Notes: a model not told the origin generated them from the letters alone. Counted from the stretch's first letter, positions 39,263-50,040 are shown. The stretch is DNA of 64,000 nt from an uncultured Phycisphaerales bacterium (GCA_963718665.1 OY970359.1:1184001-1248000); one strand, 5' to 3'. Program-made: numbers and translations.

Positions 39263-40387
39263 ATGAACGGACGAAACGTATTCTGGTCGGCGATTCTCAT
39301 CGCGATGATTATTACTGGTAATATTATGGCGGAGACAAGTAAGGTTGTGCCTTTGGAAATCGGGGCGGCTGCGCCGGATTTCAATTTGCCCGGCGTAGAT
39401 GGTCGAGAATACCGGCTGGCGGATTTTGCCGACGCGAATATCCTCGTGATTGTGTTCACCGCTAATCACTGTCCGACGGCGCAGGCATACGAAAGCCGGC
39501 TGATGCAATTGGTAACGGATTACAAAAGTAAGGGAGTAGCGGTTGTGGCGATATCGCCGAATGACCCGCTGGCAGTCCGGCTCGATGAGATGGGATATAC
39601 CGACATGGGTGATTCCTTTGAGGAGATGAAGCTTCGCGCGGCTGAGAGAAAGTTTAATTTTCCGTATCTCTACGACGGCCAGACACAAACGGTATCCCGT
39701 GCTTATGGGCCGGTGAGCACTCCTCACGTATTCATATTCGACAAGGAACGCAAACTGCAATACTCAGGCGCAGTAGATAATTCGGACGACCCGAGCAAAA
39801 TAAAGAAAAGCTTTGTTCGGGACGCGATTGACGCGATGCTCGATGGGCGAGAGATTGCGATAAAGAAAATGAAGACGTTTGGCTGTACGATAAAATGGGC
39901 GGACAAGGAAAAATCAGCACAAAAGGCGTTCGCGGAATGGGCAAAAGAGGCGGTTGAGGTAAATCTTACCGACGCCAACGGCGTGCGCGAGATTATGAAA
40001 AACAATTCCGGCAAACTCCGGCTGGTCAACATATGGGCGACGTGGTGCGGGCCCTGTGTTATTGAAATGCCGGAATTAGTCAATATAAACCGGATGTATC
40101 GGGGCAGGGCATTCGAAATGGTAACAATCGGCGGGGATATGCCGAGCAAAAAAGATGATGTTATAAAATTCCTGAAGGATAAGCAGGTTTCTTGCACCAA
40201 TTACCTGTTTAATTCCGATGACAGAACTGAGCTGAGCGGGGTGATTGACAAAAAGTGGGAAGGCGGCATCCCTTACACGGTTATTATAAAGCCGGGCGGT
40301 GAGATAATTTATCGGCATACCGGCGCGATAGAGCCACTTGAAGTGAAAAAGGCAATAATTGGCTACATAGGCAGATATTACTTTTGA
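39263..40387 (+). CDS. Exported two-domain redoxin (AhpC/TSA-like + TlpA-like)
   Basis: APDFNLPGVDG, FTANHCP, GCTIKW; LVNIWATWCGPC; RBS ggagg. Confidence 0.88.
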   Translation: MNGRNVFWSAILIAMIITGNIMAETSKVVPLEIGAAAPDFNLPGVDGREYRLADFADANILVIVFTANHCPTAQAYESRLMQLVTDYKSKGVAVVAISPNDPLAVRLDEMGYTDMGDSFEEMKLRAAERKFNFPYLYDGQTQTVSRAYGPVSTPHVFIFDKERKLQYSGAVDNSDDPSKIKKSFVRDAIDAMLDGREIAIKKMKTFGCTIKWADKEKSAQKAFAEWAKEAVEVNLTDANGVREIMKNNSGKLRLVNIWATWCGPCVIEMPELVNINRMYRGRAFEMVTIGGDMPSKKDDVIKFLKDKQVSCTNYLFNSDDRTELSGVIDKKWEGGIPYTVIIKPGGEIIYRHTGAIEPLEVKKAIIGYIGRYYF

Positions 40388-40495
40388 CATCGAAATGACA
40401 AGGTGAGGGGTTTGTGTTCGGAAGAGTTTTGTGTTAAATTGGCTTGAGCCCGCCCGCTGGGGATGGGGCTAAACGATAATGATTGGGGTTAAAAG

Positions 40496-42499
40496 TTGGC
40501 TGAGACGCTTTTTTACAAGATACTTGGGGCGCACCTTGTTGAAGGAAAACTCGCGGCAGGCGAACAGATAGGGATACGGATTGACCAGACGCTGACGCAA
40601 GACGCGACGGGAACGACGGCGTTCTTGTTGTTCGAATCAATGGGGGCCGGTCGAGTAAGAACTGATTTATCGGTCAGTTATATTGACCATAATATGTCTC
40701 AGTTTGGGCCGGAGAATCATAACGACCATTTGTATTTGCAGACAATCGCGGCCAAAAGCGGGGTTTATCATTCGCGGGCGGGCAACGGGATTTGTCATCA
40801 GGTTCATTTGGAACGGTTCGCAAAACCCGGTGCGACACTATTGGGGAGCGATTCGCATACGCCTACGGCGGGGGGAATTGGGGCGATAGCGATAGGTGCG
40901 GGCGGACTCGACGTTGCGGTTGCGATGGGCGGAGGACCATTTTACCTGGCTTGCCCAAAAGTCATAGGTGTTAAATTGACGGGGCAACTGCCCGACTGGG
41001 TTGCGGCGAAGGACGTAATCCTGAAACTTTTGAGTATATTGACTACGAAGGGTAACGTCGGCTGGGGTGTTGAGTATTTCGGGCCTGGGGTTGCGACGCT
41101 GACTGTGCCGCAGCGGGCGACGATTACGAATATGGGAGCGGAACTGGGGGTAACAACAAGCGTTTTCCCCAGCGATGAGCAGACAAAGAAATTCCTCGCG
41201 GCGCAAAAGCGGGAGAAGGATTATCAGCCGATGAGTGCAGACGCCGGGGCTATTTACGACCGGCTGATTGAGATTGATTTGTCGAAGCTTGAGCCGATGG
41301 CGGCGTGCCCATCGTCGCCCGATAATGTGAAAACAATCACAGAAATCGCCGGCATTCCATCGAAACAAATAGCAATAGGAAGCTGCACAAATTCGAGCTA
41401 CGCGGATTTGATGATGGTTGCGACAGCGTTAAAGGGCAGGAAGATTGACCCGACGGTTGAATTCGCGGTTGCACCGGGAAGCAGGGAGGTTTTGAATATG
41501 CTGGCGGCTAACGGTGCGCTGGGGGATATTATATCTGCGGGGGCGAGGATTCTTGAGAGCGGATGCGGGCCTTGTATTGGGCTTGGTTTTTCGCCTGCGG
41601 ACGGGGTCGTAAGCTTGCGAACATTTAACCGGAATTTCGCGGGAAGAAGCGGAACGAAGGATGATAAGGTATATCTGGTGAGTCCTGAGACGGCGGTCGC
41701 ATCGGCGTTGAGGGGAAAAATTACCGACCCGAGAGAAATTAAAAAATTATTCGGGATAAAATACCCGAAGATTGAGCAGCCGGCGAAATTTATTATCAAT
41801 GATAGTATGATTGAGGCGCCTTTGAGCGAAAAGGAGGCAGCCAAAGCGGAGGTTATACGGGGAACGACGATAGTTGTGCCCGAACAGCCGAGGCAATTGC
41901 CGGCGGATTTGAAGGCGGAGGTGCTGATAAAGTGCGGCGATAAAATTACGACCGACCACATAATGCCCGCGGGAGTATTTTTGAAGCTTCGCAGCAACGT
42001 GCCCGAATACGCGAAGGTCGTGTTCCACTGCTTCAATGAAAAAGGCAAGCCCAGTTTTGCTGAACGGGCGATGAAGGTGAAAAACGAGGGCAGAGGCGGC
42101 ATTATTGTTGCGGGAGCGAGCTACGGGCAGGGGTCGTCGAGAGAGCACGCGGCGTTATGCCCGATGTATTTAGGCGTGCGTGCAGTTGTCGCCAAGAGTA
42201 TCGAGCGGATTCACAAGGCGAACCTGATAAACTTCTGCGTTGTGCCGATAGAATTGGCCAACCAGGATGACTACGAAAAAATCAGTCAGGGCGACAATCT
42301 GCGGATAGACGGCTTAGTCGATGCGATAAAAAACAAAGACGAAATAAAGATTGTCGAAGAAAAAGGCAGATATGAGATTATGGGCAAGTTAAACCTGTCG
42401 GGTAGAGACAGGCAGATTTTGCTTTCGGGCGGGCTACTGAAATATACGCTTGAGCAGTCGAACAAAAAAGCCGGCAAAAAAGAGAAAGCCAAACGATGA
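40496..42499 (+). CDS. Aconitate hydratase (single-chain, putative aconitase family)
   Basis: QDATGT, GICHQ, GSDSHT, IGSCTN, CGPCIG, RTFNRNF, TTDHI, YGQGSSREHA. Confidence 0.93.
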   Translation: MAETLFYKILGAHLVEGKLAAGEQIGIRIDQTLTQDATGTTAFLLFESMGAGRVRTDLSVSYIDHNMSQFGPENHNDHLYLQTIAAKSGVYHSRAGNGICHQVHLERFAKPGATLLGSDSHTPTAGGIGAIAIGAGGLDVAVAMGGGPFYLACPKVIGVKLTGQLPDWVAAKDVILKLLSILTTKGNVGWGVEYFGPGVATLTVPQRATITNMGAELGVTTSVFPSDEQTKKFLAAQKREKDYQPMSADAGAIYDRLIEIDLSKLEPMAACPSSPDNVKTITEIAGIPSKQIAIGSCTNSSYADLMMVATALKGRKIDPTVEFAVAPGSREVLNMLAANGALGDIISAGARILESGCGPCIGLGFSPADGVVSLRTFNRNFAGRSGTKDDKVYLVSPETAVASALRGKITDPREIKKLFGIKYPKIEQPAKFIINDSMIEAPLSEKEAAKAEVIRGTTIVVPEQPRQLPADLKAEVLIKCGDKITTDHIMPAGVFLKLRSNVPEYAKVVFHCFNEKGKPSFAERAMKVKNEGRGGIIVAGASYGQGSSREHAALCPMYLGVRAVVAKSIERIHKANLINFCVVPIELANQDDYEKISQGDNLRIDGLVDAIKNKDEIKIVEEKGRYEIMGKLNLSGRDRQILLSGGLLKYTLEQSNKKAGKKEKAKR

Positions 42500-43326
42500 G
42501 GATAGCGAGATTTATATTGGCCCTGACAATTGCAGCAGCAATAACGATGTCGGCAGCGGCGGTAAAAACCAGCGGCAATAAATTACAGGCCGGCGACAAA
42601 TTATTGCCTGACGATTACGTTTTCGCGGGAGTTGACGGCAGGCTGATTCAAACAGGGACTGACAAATGGGCGTTTGAATTTGAGTCAGCGGTGAACGTCG
42701 GCGAAGCGGAGATAAAAGCAGGACAGACATTGGAGATGCTCGGCTCGGCGACGCTCGAGAAAATGATATTGGACGCAAAAGAACGAAGCGACGCGATGTT
42801 TCGGATATGGGCAAAGGTAACGAAATTCGAGGGAAAGAATTATTTGTTCGCGGTATATTATCTGTCGCTTCGCAAGATAAACAGACCCTCGGAAGAAAAA
42901 GGGCAAAATGAAGCAAATGCGGCTGCACAGGCGGTTAATGCACCCAATGACGTGGTGAATATCCCGCCGGAGATAGTGGCGTTATTGAAGACGTCGGAGG
43001 TTTTGCCGACGACTGAGGCGCAGGCGACCCGAGCTGAAGAACTGCAACTGAAACAGGACACTATTTTTGCAAACAGGGCCGGGCGAGTGATGGTCAAAAA
43101 CGGTGATTACTTTTTCGAGGCGGACGCGTTTGGGCGAGGGGTCGATAAATTCACTATAAAGCTGCTGCCCTGCCAGAAACTCGAAGAGGCGATGATACAG
43201 GTGCGAAGCGAATCAAACCCAGTCAGGTTCAACGTGGCGGGAATTTTAACTAAATATAAAGGCGAACAATACCTGCTGCTGCAAAAAGCGACAAGGATGT
43301 ATAGTTACGAGAATTTCGGAAGATAA
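42496..43326 (+). CDS. Exported hypothetical protein with two possible OB-like repeats
   Basis: Signal peptide; FRIWAKVTKFEGKNYL and FNVAGILTKYKGEQYL repeats. Confidence 0.7.
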   Translation: MRIARFILALTIAAAITMSAAAVKTSGNKLQAGDKLLPDDYVFAGVDGRLIQTGTDKWAFEFESAVNVGEAEIKAGQTLEMLGSATLEKMILDAKERSDAMFRIWAKVTKFEGKNYLFAVYYLSLRKINRPSEEKGQNEANAAAQAVNAPNDVVNIPPEIVALLKTSEVLPTTEAQATRAEELQLKQDTIFANRAGRVMVKNGDYFFEADAFGRGVDKFTIKLLPCQKLEEAMIQVRSESNPVRFNVAGILTKYKGEQYLLLQKATRMYSYENFGR

Positions 43327-43329
43327 CTT

Positions 43330-43365
43330 GCCACAGAGGTTTTTTAGCCACAGAGGACACAGAGA
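43330..43365 (+). repeat. GCCACAGAGGACACAGAG intergenic repeat, copy 1
   Basis: Identical ttagccacagaggacacagaga at 48829-48850. Confidence 0.7.
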
Positions 43366-43368
43366 AAA

Positions 43369-44730
43369 ATGGTGAATGAGCTTGATAAAATTCTGATTAA
43401 ATATGACCAGCCGGGTTTTAATGAAAGATTTATAGAAATCCGTGCGGCCGTGATTCGTGGAACCCATTTTATTGGCGAGGCAGAACAACAATTAGAGACC
43501 ATTCTTAACGAGGTAATGCGACGCGGCGATGAGGCAGTAGCCGAATATACAGAAGATGGGAGAATACTTGGAGATGATAAAGCGGTAGCTAAATATACAG
43601 AGAAGCATGATAGGATTAAGCTTACTCCTGAACAATTCAGGATATCAGATGTGGAGCTGGATGATGCTCACAAAACAATCGACAAGAAGCTTTTGAAGTC
43701 GATTCGCTTGGCAATTAAGAACGTCAAAGAGTATCAGTCGAAAATATTCGTTGGTAAAGACAAAAATTTCAAATCGACCGGCATAAGATATACACCAATA
43801 AAGCGAGTGGGGATATGCGTTCCCGGCGCATCTGCGCCGCTGCCTTCGACTGTCATTATGACGGCTGTTCCGGCACAGGTGGCAGGAGTGAAAGAGATTG
43901 TTGTGGTATCGCCGCCGAGATATAACGGCAGCATTCATCCGGTCATATTAGCGACCTGCAAGGAATTGAAGATTAAAGAGGTTTACCGGATAGGCGGAGC
44001 ACAGGCCGTATTTGCGCTGGCCCAAGGAACAAAGACCATAAACAATGTTGATAAGATTGTAGGGCCAGGGAATCAATGGGTTCAGATGGCAAAGAAAAAG
44101 GTCTTCGGCCTTGTCGGGATTGATTCGATTGCAGGGCCAAGCGAGGTTTTAATAATAGCTAACAAATCAGCCAATCCTGCCTGGGTGGCAGCGGATATGC
44201 TGAGCCAGGCGGAACACAATCCCGGTTCTGCGGTTTTATTCACGGACTCCGAAAAATTAGGGCAAGATGTATTGGCCGAACTTAAAATACAAGTAGCAGA
44301 ACTGGTCAGGTCGAAAGAGACCTTTGATTGCTTGTTAGGATTCAGCGCGATTGTGGTTTGTAGAAATATGGCAGATGTAATAGTTTACGCAAACTTTTTC
44401 GCGGCGGAGCATTTGCAGATTCAGTGTGGAAAACAAAGCAAACAAATTGCCAACAAGATACAAAATGCAGGCGCGATATTTATCGGCGATTATTCACCCG
44501 TGGCAGTGGGTGATTACTGGGCGGGGCCAAGCCATACTTTGCCAACGGGAAGAAGCGCGAGATTTTTCAGTGCGTTGAGCGCAAATGATTTTATAAAATC
44601 GACGAGCATAATCGAATACGACAAGAAGAAGTTAGCTGATAGCGCGGATGATATAATCCGCTTAGCGGAAGCAGAGGGATTAGACGCGCACGCCAGAAGC
44701 GTGAAAATTCGGCAGGAAAATCGAAGCTAA
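43369..44730 (+). CDS. hisD: Histidinol dehydrogenase
   Basis: VGICVPG, LPSTVIM, IGGAQA, VDKIVGPGN, IAGPSE, QAEH, EHL, AGPSHTLPT. Confidence 0.96.
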   Translation: MVNELDKILIKYDQPGFNERFIEIRAAVIRGTHFIGEAEQQLETILNEVMRRGDEAVAEYTEDGRILGDDKAVAKYTEKHDRIKLTPEQFRISDVELDDAHKTIDKKLLKSIRLAIKNVKEYQSKIFVGKDKNFKSTGIRYTPIKRVGICVPGASAPLPSTVIMTAVPAQVAGVKEIVVVSPPRYNGSIHPVILATCKELKIKEVYRIGGAQAVFALAQGTKTINNVDKIVGPGNQWVQMAKKKVFGLVGIDSIAGPSEVLIIANKSANPAWVAADMLSQAEHNPGSAVLFTDSEKLGQDVLAELKIQVAELVRSKETFDCLLGFSAIVVCRNMADVIVYANFFAAEHLQIQCGKQSKQIANKIQNAGAIFIGDYSPVAVGDYWAGPSHTLPTGRSARFFSALSANDFIKSTSIIEYDKKKLADSADDIIRLAEAEGLDAHARSVKIRQENRS

Positions 44731-45755
44731 ACGTCCCAGTTGAATTTTTCCTGATACTTGAAGTAAAAACAGCCAAGCAGGTGCGCCACCACCATTAGCA
44801 GATATACTTCAATTGCTCGGATGAATAGCCACAACAGAGGGCTCGCCAGTAGGAATTCCCTGGCCTTTGTAAACAGGAAAATAATTGCACAAACAAATAC
44901 AATCAGGCCGCAATACTGAAAAAACGCGCTGAACAGAGAGGGGATGACAATAACAGGATTCAGGCCGCGTATAGAATCAAACATTAAGACACCAAGCAGC
45001 GCCATCGGGTATAAAAATATTCCGCAACCCGCAATGATTTGGAAAGGCAAGTCGCATCTATAAGTATATCTGTAGTACAAAGAAGCTGGGAATAAATAGA
45101 CCACGAGACAGACAAATATCCGTATAAGCCGTAAGCCCATCTCCGCAAGCCCCGGAGTATTATCGGCCGTATTCGGCACACGCAGGTTTCCTTCGGCGCT
45201 GTCGCAGATGCATTCAGCCAGAAACCAGTACGCAAACATCAGGATTACAATATCCACTATTAAGTTGACAAAAATAACTAAAACGGCGAATTTTCCCATC
45301 AACCCGACAAGAAACTCAACCACAAGCTGAAACATCCACGGTATCAAAACAACGATGGCAAGAAAGATAATTCCGTGGAGGTTGGCGGGGTACAAAAATA
45401 TATCGATAAGCCAGGGGAATTTTCGTTGCGGCGGAGGCGTTGGCTGGAGGGAAGGTAATCCTTCGCTTTGCCGCAGCATTTCATACTGCTGGTCTTTCGG
45501 CTTGTCGGCAGCAATACGGTCGTGCGGGGGACTCGGCTGAAGAAGCAGGTCTAACTCCGGTCCGGGATCAATCGGCGTATTTGCCTGTGGGGACGAAGGT
45601 GCTGAGTATGGAACCAAGACGATGTTTTTGCACTGGGGACATTTCCCCTTTTTGCCAGCGTGCACCGACGGCACACGAATCTGTTTGCCGCAAAAGTCGC
45701 AGTTGAACCGGATTGCCGGTTCGGACGGCTTCTGGTTTGGGGTGTTTTCCTCCAC
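44727..45755 (-). CDS. Membrane protein with N-terminal zinc ribbon (CDFC..CPQC)
   Basis: IRFNCDFCGK..GKKGKCPQC, Pro-rich linker, about 6 TM helices. Confidence 0.75.
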   Translation of the reverse strand: MEENTPNQKPSEPAIRFNCDFCGKQIRVPSVHAGKKGKCPQCKNIVLVPYSAPSSPQANTPIDPGPELDLLLQPSPPHDRIAADKPKDQQYEMLRQSEGLPSLQPTPPPQRKFPWLIDIFLYPANLHGIIFLAIVVLIPWMFQLVVEFLVGLMGKFAVLVIFVNLIVDIVILMFAYWFLAECICDSAEGNLRVPNTADNTPGLAEMGLRLIRIFVCLVVYLFPASLYYRYTYRCDLPFQIIAGCGIFLYPMALLGVLMFDSIRGLNPVIVIPSLFSAFFQYCGLIVFVCAIIFLFTKAREFLLASPLLWLFIRAIEVYLLMVVAHLLGCFYFKYQEKFNWDV

Positions 45756-45786
45756 TTGCCGACCTTTCCTTTTGACAAGCTAGGTT

Positions 45787-48498
45787 TTACAGTTTTGTTT
45801 TTATAACTTCTGCGGCTTTTGCGATCGCTTCGTCGAGCTTGTCGGGTTTTTTGCCGCCTGCTTGCGCCATATTGGGTCTTCCGCCGCCGCCGCCGTCGAT
45901 TATGGGGGCGATTTGTTTGAGGATTTCTCCTGCGCCGATTTTGCCGGTGAGGTCATCGGTTACGGCAGCAAGAAGGGTCGCCTTGTCGCCTTCTGCGAAG
46001 CCGAGGACGATGACGGAGGACGGGGCCTTCTTTTTGAGCATATCAATCGCGGCACGTGCCTGTTCGGCGGTCGTGGGCGATAATTTTCCCGTGATTACCG
46101 AGGCGTCGCCGACTTTTTCGCATTTATCCAGCATTTGTTTCGCTTCGGCGAGAGAATCGGACGCGGCCTGACGCGAGGGTGATTTAAGCTCTTTGGCGAG
46201 CCGTTTATTTTCGGTGAGCAGGTGAGTAACTTTTTCGACGATGCCCGTCGCAGGGATTTTGAGCGCTGCGGCGAGTTCATCGACAATGTCGCTTCTTTGT
46301 TCGAGGTATTTGGCGAGACCGCGACCCGTGTAGGCGGTGATTCTGCGCACCCCGGCCGATACACTTTCTTCCTTTATGATTTTGAAGTCGGTAATAACGC
46401 CCGTCCTGTCAACATGAGTGCCGCCGCAAAATTCCTTGCTGAATGCCTGGTTGAGGCCATTTGTGTCCGGCGCGCCGACCGCTACCACACGCACATCGTC
46501 GCCGTATTTTTCGCCGAATAGCGCCATTGCACCTAATTTGTCGGCCTGGTTTCGAGGCAGGACTGCGCAGGTAACCGGCAAATCAGCGATAATTTTGTCC
46601 CTGACGAGCGACTCGACCTGTTTTGTCTGCTCGGCGTCGAGCGACTTGGGATACGTAAAATCGAATCGCAGATAATCGGGGCAAACCAAACTACCCTGCT
46701 GTGCGACCGAACTACCAAGCAGTTGCCGCAAGGCCCACTGGAGCAGGTGCGTTGCGGTGTGGTTTTTCTTTGTGGCATCCCTGTCAGGGCTGACTGAGGC
46801 GGTAACTTTATCGCCTACGGCGATTGCTCCTTCGAGCAATTTGCCCTTGTGGATGACGCAATCGGCGACCTTGGTTGTAGCATCAACAATAAATTTGCCT
46901 TTGTCGGATTCTATAATGCCTACGTCGCCGACCTGGCCGCCCATTTCAGCGTAGAAGCAGGTTTTGTCGAGGACAATCGCCGCTTCCTCGCCGGCTTTGA
47001 TTTGGCCTGTTTTGTTGAATGCGCCGTTATCGATAAAGCCAAGCATCACGGCCGGGCATTTGTCGGCCGTATATTTGAAGTGATCCTGCGTTACGGGTAA
47101 TTCCGTGTCGGATGCCATAACGATAGTTTGTGCGCCTTTTTGAGCAGCCCTTGCGCGGGAGCGCTGCTGCTCCATCAATTTATCGAAGCCAGCGGTATCG
47201 ACTTTGAGGCCTCGTTCCTGCGCCATCAGTTGAGTAAGGTCAACTGGGAAACCGTAGGTATCATAAAGCTGGAAGGCATCGTCGCCGGGAATTGTTTTGT
47301 TTTTGGTATGGCTCGCCTTATCGGCAGCATCGGTAAAAATCTCAAGGCCCCTATCTAAAGTTCTGCCGAAGCTTACCTCTTCGGATTCGATTACGGTTGA
47401 GACGTAATCCTTTCGTGCCTTTATTTCGGGGAACGCTTCGCCAAGACAATCATCAACTGCGGGGACAAGCTTGAAGAGGAACGGGTCGTGCAGGCCAAGC
47501 TCTCTGCCGAAACGGAAGGCCCGGCGAAGTATTCTGCGGATGACATAGCCCCTGCCTTCATTGGACGGGGTCGCGCCGTCGGTTATAGCCATTGAGAGTG
47601 CGCGGATGTGGTCTGCAATGACGCGGAATGCGTTATCGGTTTTGTTATTCAGTTGCGAGGTGAATTTTTTACCGGTCATTTCGGCGAGCCGGTCGATTAC
47701 GGGCATAAACAGGTCGGTGTCGTAATTGCTGCGTTTATTTTGCAGGACGGCTGTAACTCTTTCCAATCCGGCGCCGGTATCAACGTATTTCGCATTCAAC
47801 GGCGTGAGTTTGCCGTCTTCGGCTCGATTGAATTGTATAAAAACGAGATTCCAAAGCTCGATGAACCTTGCGCAGCCGGCGTTTACGGCGCACTTGTGGC
47901 CGGGGACGTTTTTCTTGTCGCAGCGGTCAGGGCCGAGGTCGATGTGGATTTCACTGCAGGGGCCACAAGGGCCTGTTTCGCCCATTTCCCAGAAGTTGTC
48001 TTTCCTGCCGAATTTAAGGACGTGGTCGGCGGGAAGAGACGTTACTTTTGTCCAGAGATTCGCGGCCTCGCTGTCTTCGGGGAGACCATCACCTGCGTCG
48101 CCGGCGAATACGGTCGCGTATAAATTTTTCGGGTCGATTTGCCAGACATCGGTGAACAATTGCCAGGCCCATTCGATTGTCTCGGCTTTGAAATAATCGT
48201 CGAATGACCAGTTGCCTAACATTTCGAAGAAGGTGTGATGGTAGTTGTCGTGGCCGACTTCTTCGAGGTCGTTGTGCTTGCCGCTGACGCGAAGGCATTT
48301 CTGGCTGTTGACCGCGCGACGACACGACGGGGCGCTGAGGCCGAGGAATATGTCCTTGAACTGGTTCATTCCGGCGTTGGCGAAGAGCAGCGTCTGGTCG
48401 CCGATGGGGACAATAGGTGAACTGGGGACAAACTTATGGTCATTGCCCTTGAAGAAATCAATGAAGCTGGCTCTTATTTGTTTTGCGGTCAATGTCAT
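45787..48498 (-). CDS. alaS: Alanine--tRNA ligase
   Basis: FANAGMNQFK, HHTFFEMLGNWSF, VIADHIR, NHTATHLL, EFCGGTH, GGGG. Confidence 0.98.
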   Translation of the reverse strand: MTLTAKQIRASFIDFFKGNDHKFVPSSPIVPIGDQTLLFANAGMNQFKDIFLGLSAPSCRRAVNSQKCLRVSGKHNDLEEVGHDNYHHTFFEMLGNWSFDDYFKAETIEWAWQLFTDVWQIDPKNLYATVFAGDAGDGLPEDSEAANLWTKVTSLPADHVLKFGRKDNFWEMGETGPCGPCSEIHIDLGPDRCDKKNVPGHKCAVNAGCARFIELWNLVFIQFNRAEDGKLTPLNAKYVDTGAGLERVTAVLQNKRSNYDTDLFMPVIDRLAEMTGKKFTSQLNNKTDNAFRVIADHIRALSMAITDGATPSNEGRGYVIRRILRRAFRFGRELGLHDPFLFKLVPAVDDCLGEAFPEIKARKDYVSTVIESEEVSFGRTLDRGLEIFTDAADKASHTKNKTIPGDDAFQLYDTYGFPVDLTQLMAQERGLKVDTAGFDKLMEQQRSRARAAQKGAQTIVMASDTELPVTQDHFKYTADKCPAVMLGFIDNGAFNKTGQIKAGEEAAIVLDKTCFYAEMGGQVGDVGIIESDKGKFIVDATTKVADCVIHKGKLLEGAIAVGDKVTASVSPDRDATKKNHTATHLLQWALRQLLGSSVAQQGSLVCPDYLRFDFTYPKSLDAEQTKQVESLVRDKIIADLPVTCAVLPRNQADKLGAMALFGEKYGDDVRVVAVGAPDTNGLNQAFSKEFCGGTHVDRTGVITDFKIIKEESVSAGVRRITAYTGRGLAKYLEQRSDIVDELAAALKIPATGIVEKVTHLLTENKRLAKELKSPSRQAASDSLAEAKQMLDKCEKVGDASVITGKLSPTTAEQARAAIDMLKKKAPSSVIVLGFAEGDKATLLAAVTDDLTGKIGAGEILKQIAPIIDGGGGGRPNMAQAGGKKPDKLDEAIAKAAEVIKTKL

Positions 48499-48513
48499 AT
48501 CTGCTCTGTGAAA

Positions 48514-48789
48514 TTAGGCTGTCGTATCGTCTTTTCTGATAACAATGCCCTTGTCCAAACTGCCGGCTATTTTTTCGAAGGCCTTTACGAACCTGTAAAC
48601 CATAACAATAACGAACACAACGACAGCGATATTGAAAAGGAAATAGCCGTAACCCAAAATCTTGGCCTTTATAGACGGGGCAGGCCTGTCGGGCTGCTGT
48701 GTTGTGTTCTGGTATCCCTGGCCCTGATAGCCCTGATTCTGGTAAACCGGCGCCGGTTGTGTCGACGCTGCTGCTGCAAGTAAGTTCAT
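48514..48789 (-). CDS. Small membrane protein with Q/Y/G-rich N-terminus
   Basis: RBS aaagga, one TM helix, in operon between recA and alaS. Confidence 0.6.
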   Translation of the reverse strand: MNLLAAAASTQPAPVYQNQGYQGQGYQNTTQQPDRPAPSIKAKILGYGYFLFNIAVVVFVIVMVYRFVKAFEKIAGSLDKGIVIRKDDTTA

Positions 48790-48822
48790 AATACTATCCT
48801 TTCTGAAAACCTTCTAACAAGA

Positions 48823-48869
48823 AGAGGTTTAGCCACAGAGGACACAGAGATTTATCCGCCTACGGCGGA
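48823..48869 (+). repeat. GCCACAGAGGACACAGAG repeat copy 2 plus tccgcc-tac-ggcgga palindrome
   Basis: Direct sequence match to 43344-43365; palindrome at 48855-48869. Confidence 0.7.
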
Positions 48870-48906
48870 AATGAATAAAAAAACAGTGTAAATCCGTGTC
48901 TAAGTA

Positions 48907-49980
48907 TTATTTATCTTCTATCAATCCTTTCGCGACGAGAATTTTGTGTTTTATCTGTTCGCAGAGGTCCTTGTTATCGATAAGGAATTGTCTCGCCTTT
49001 TCCCTTCCCTGGCCCAGGCGGATTTCGCCGAAACCAAGATGGGTGCCGGATTTTTCGATTACGTTGCAGGCAACGCCGAGGTCGAGTAGGTCGCCTTCGT
49101 AGCTTATGCCGTGGTCGAACATAATGTCGAATTCGGCTTCGCGGAAAGGCGGGGCGATTTTGTTTTTCACGACCCTAGCGCGAACCCTGTTGCCGACGGC
49201 GCCGCTGTCTTCCTTGAGGGTTGTTATTCGCCGCAGGTCAACGCGGACCGAACTGTAAAATTTAAGGGCATTGCCGCCTGTGGTGGTTTCGGGGTTGCCG
49301 AACATCACGCCGATTTTCATGCGAATCTGGTTGATGAATATAAGAGCGGTTTTGCTCCTGGCGATTATGGCTGTGAGCTTCCTCATCGCCTGGCTCATCA
49401 GTCGCGCCTGAAGGCCCATGTGGCTGTCGCCCATTTCGCCTTCTATTTCGGCTTTCGGGGTCAGCGCGGCAACCGAGTCGATAACAAGTACGTCAACGGA
49501 GTTGGAGGCGATAAGCATTTCAGCGATATCGAGCGCTTGTTCGCCGTTATCCGGCTGGCTGACGAGAAGCGAGCTGACGTCAACGCCGAGACGCTTTGCC
49601 CAGGTGGTATCGAGGGCGTGCTCGGCGTCGATGAACGCCGCAACGCCGCCTGCTTTCTGGGCGTTGGCGATGATGTGCAGGGCCAAGGTTGTTTTGCCTG
49701 ATGATTCGGGACCGAAGAGCTCGGCGATTCTGCCTCGCGGTATGCCCGCGCCACCCAAGGCGATATCGAGCGATAACGCGCCGGTGGGTATGCCTTCGAT
49801 TCGGGCGTATTTGTGCTCGTCCATCTGCATAATCGAGCCGCGGCCATATTGCTTTTCGATTTGGGCGATGACTCTTTGCAGGGCGGATTCCGCGCCCGAT
49901 TTATCCGCTGCGCCTGATTGCTGTGGTCTTAATGGTTCAACTGCGCCTTTGGTCTGCTGGGTGGTCTTTGTCTTTGTCAT
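48907..49980 (-). CDS. recA: Recombinase A
   Basis: [58 protein letters not shown]. Confidence 0.99.
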   Translation of the reverse strand: MTKTKTTQQTKGAVEPLRPQQSGAADKSGAESALQRVIAQIEKQYGRGSIMQMDEHKYARIEGIPTGALSLDIALGGAGIPRGRIAELFGPESSGKTTLALHIIANAQKAGGVAAFIDAEHALDTTWAKRLGVDVSSLLVSQPDNGEQALDIAEMLIASNSVDVLVIDSVAALTPKAEIEGEMGDSHMGLQARLMSQAMRKLTAIIARSKTALIFINQIRMKIGVMFGNPETTTGGNALKFYSSVRVDLRRITTLKEDSGAVGNRVRARVVKNKIAPPFREAEFDIMFDHGISYEGDLLDLGVACNVIEKSGTHLGFGEIRLGQGREKARQFLIDNKDLCEQIKHKILVAKGLIEDK

Positions 49981-50040
49981 TTTTCTCGACTCCTATGTGG
50001 GTAGTGTGAGGGGAAACGTTCCCCGGCTTTTCATTCATCC

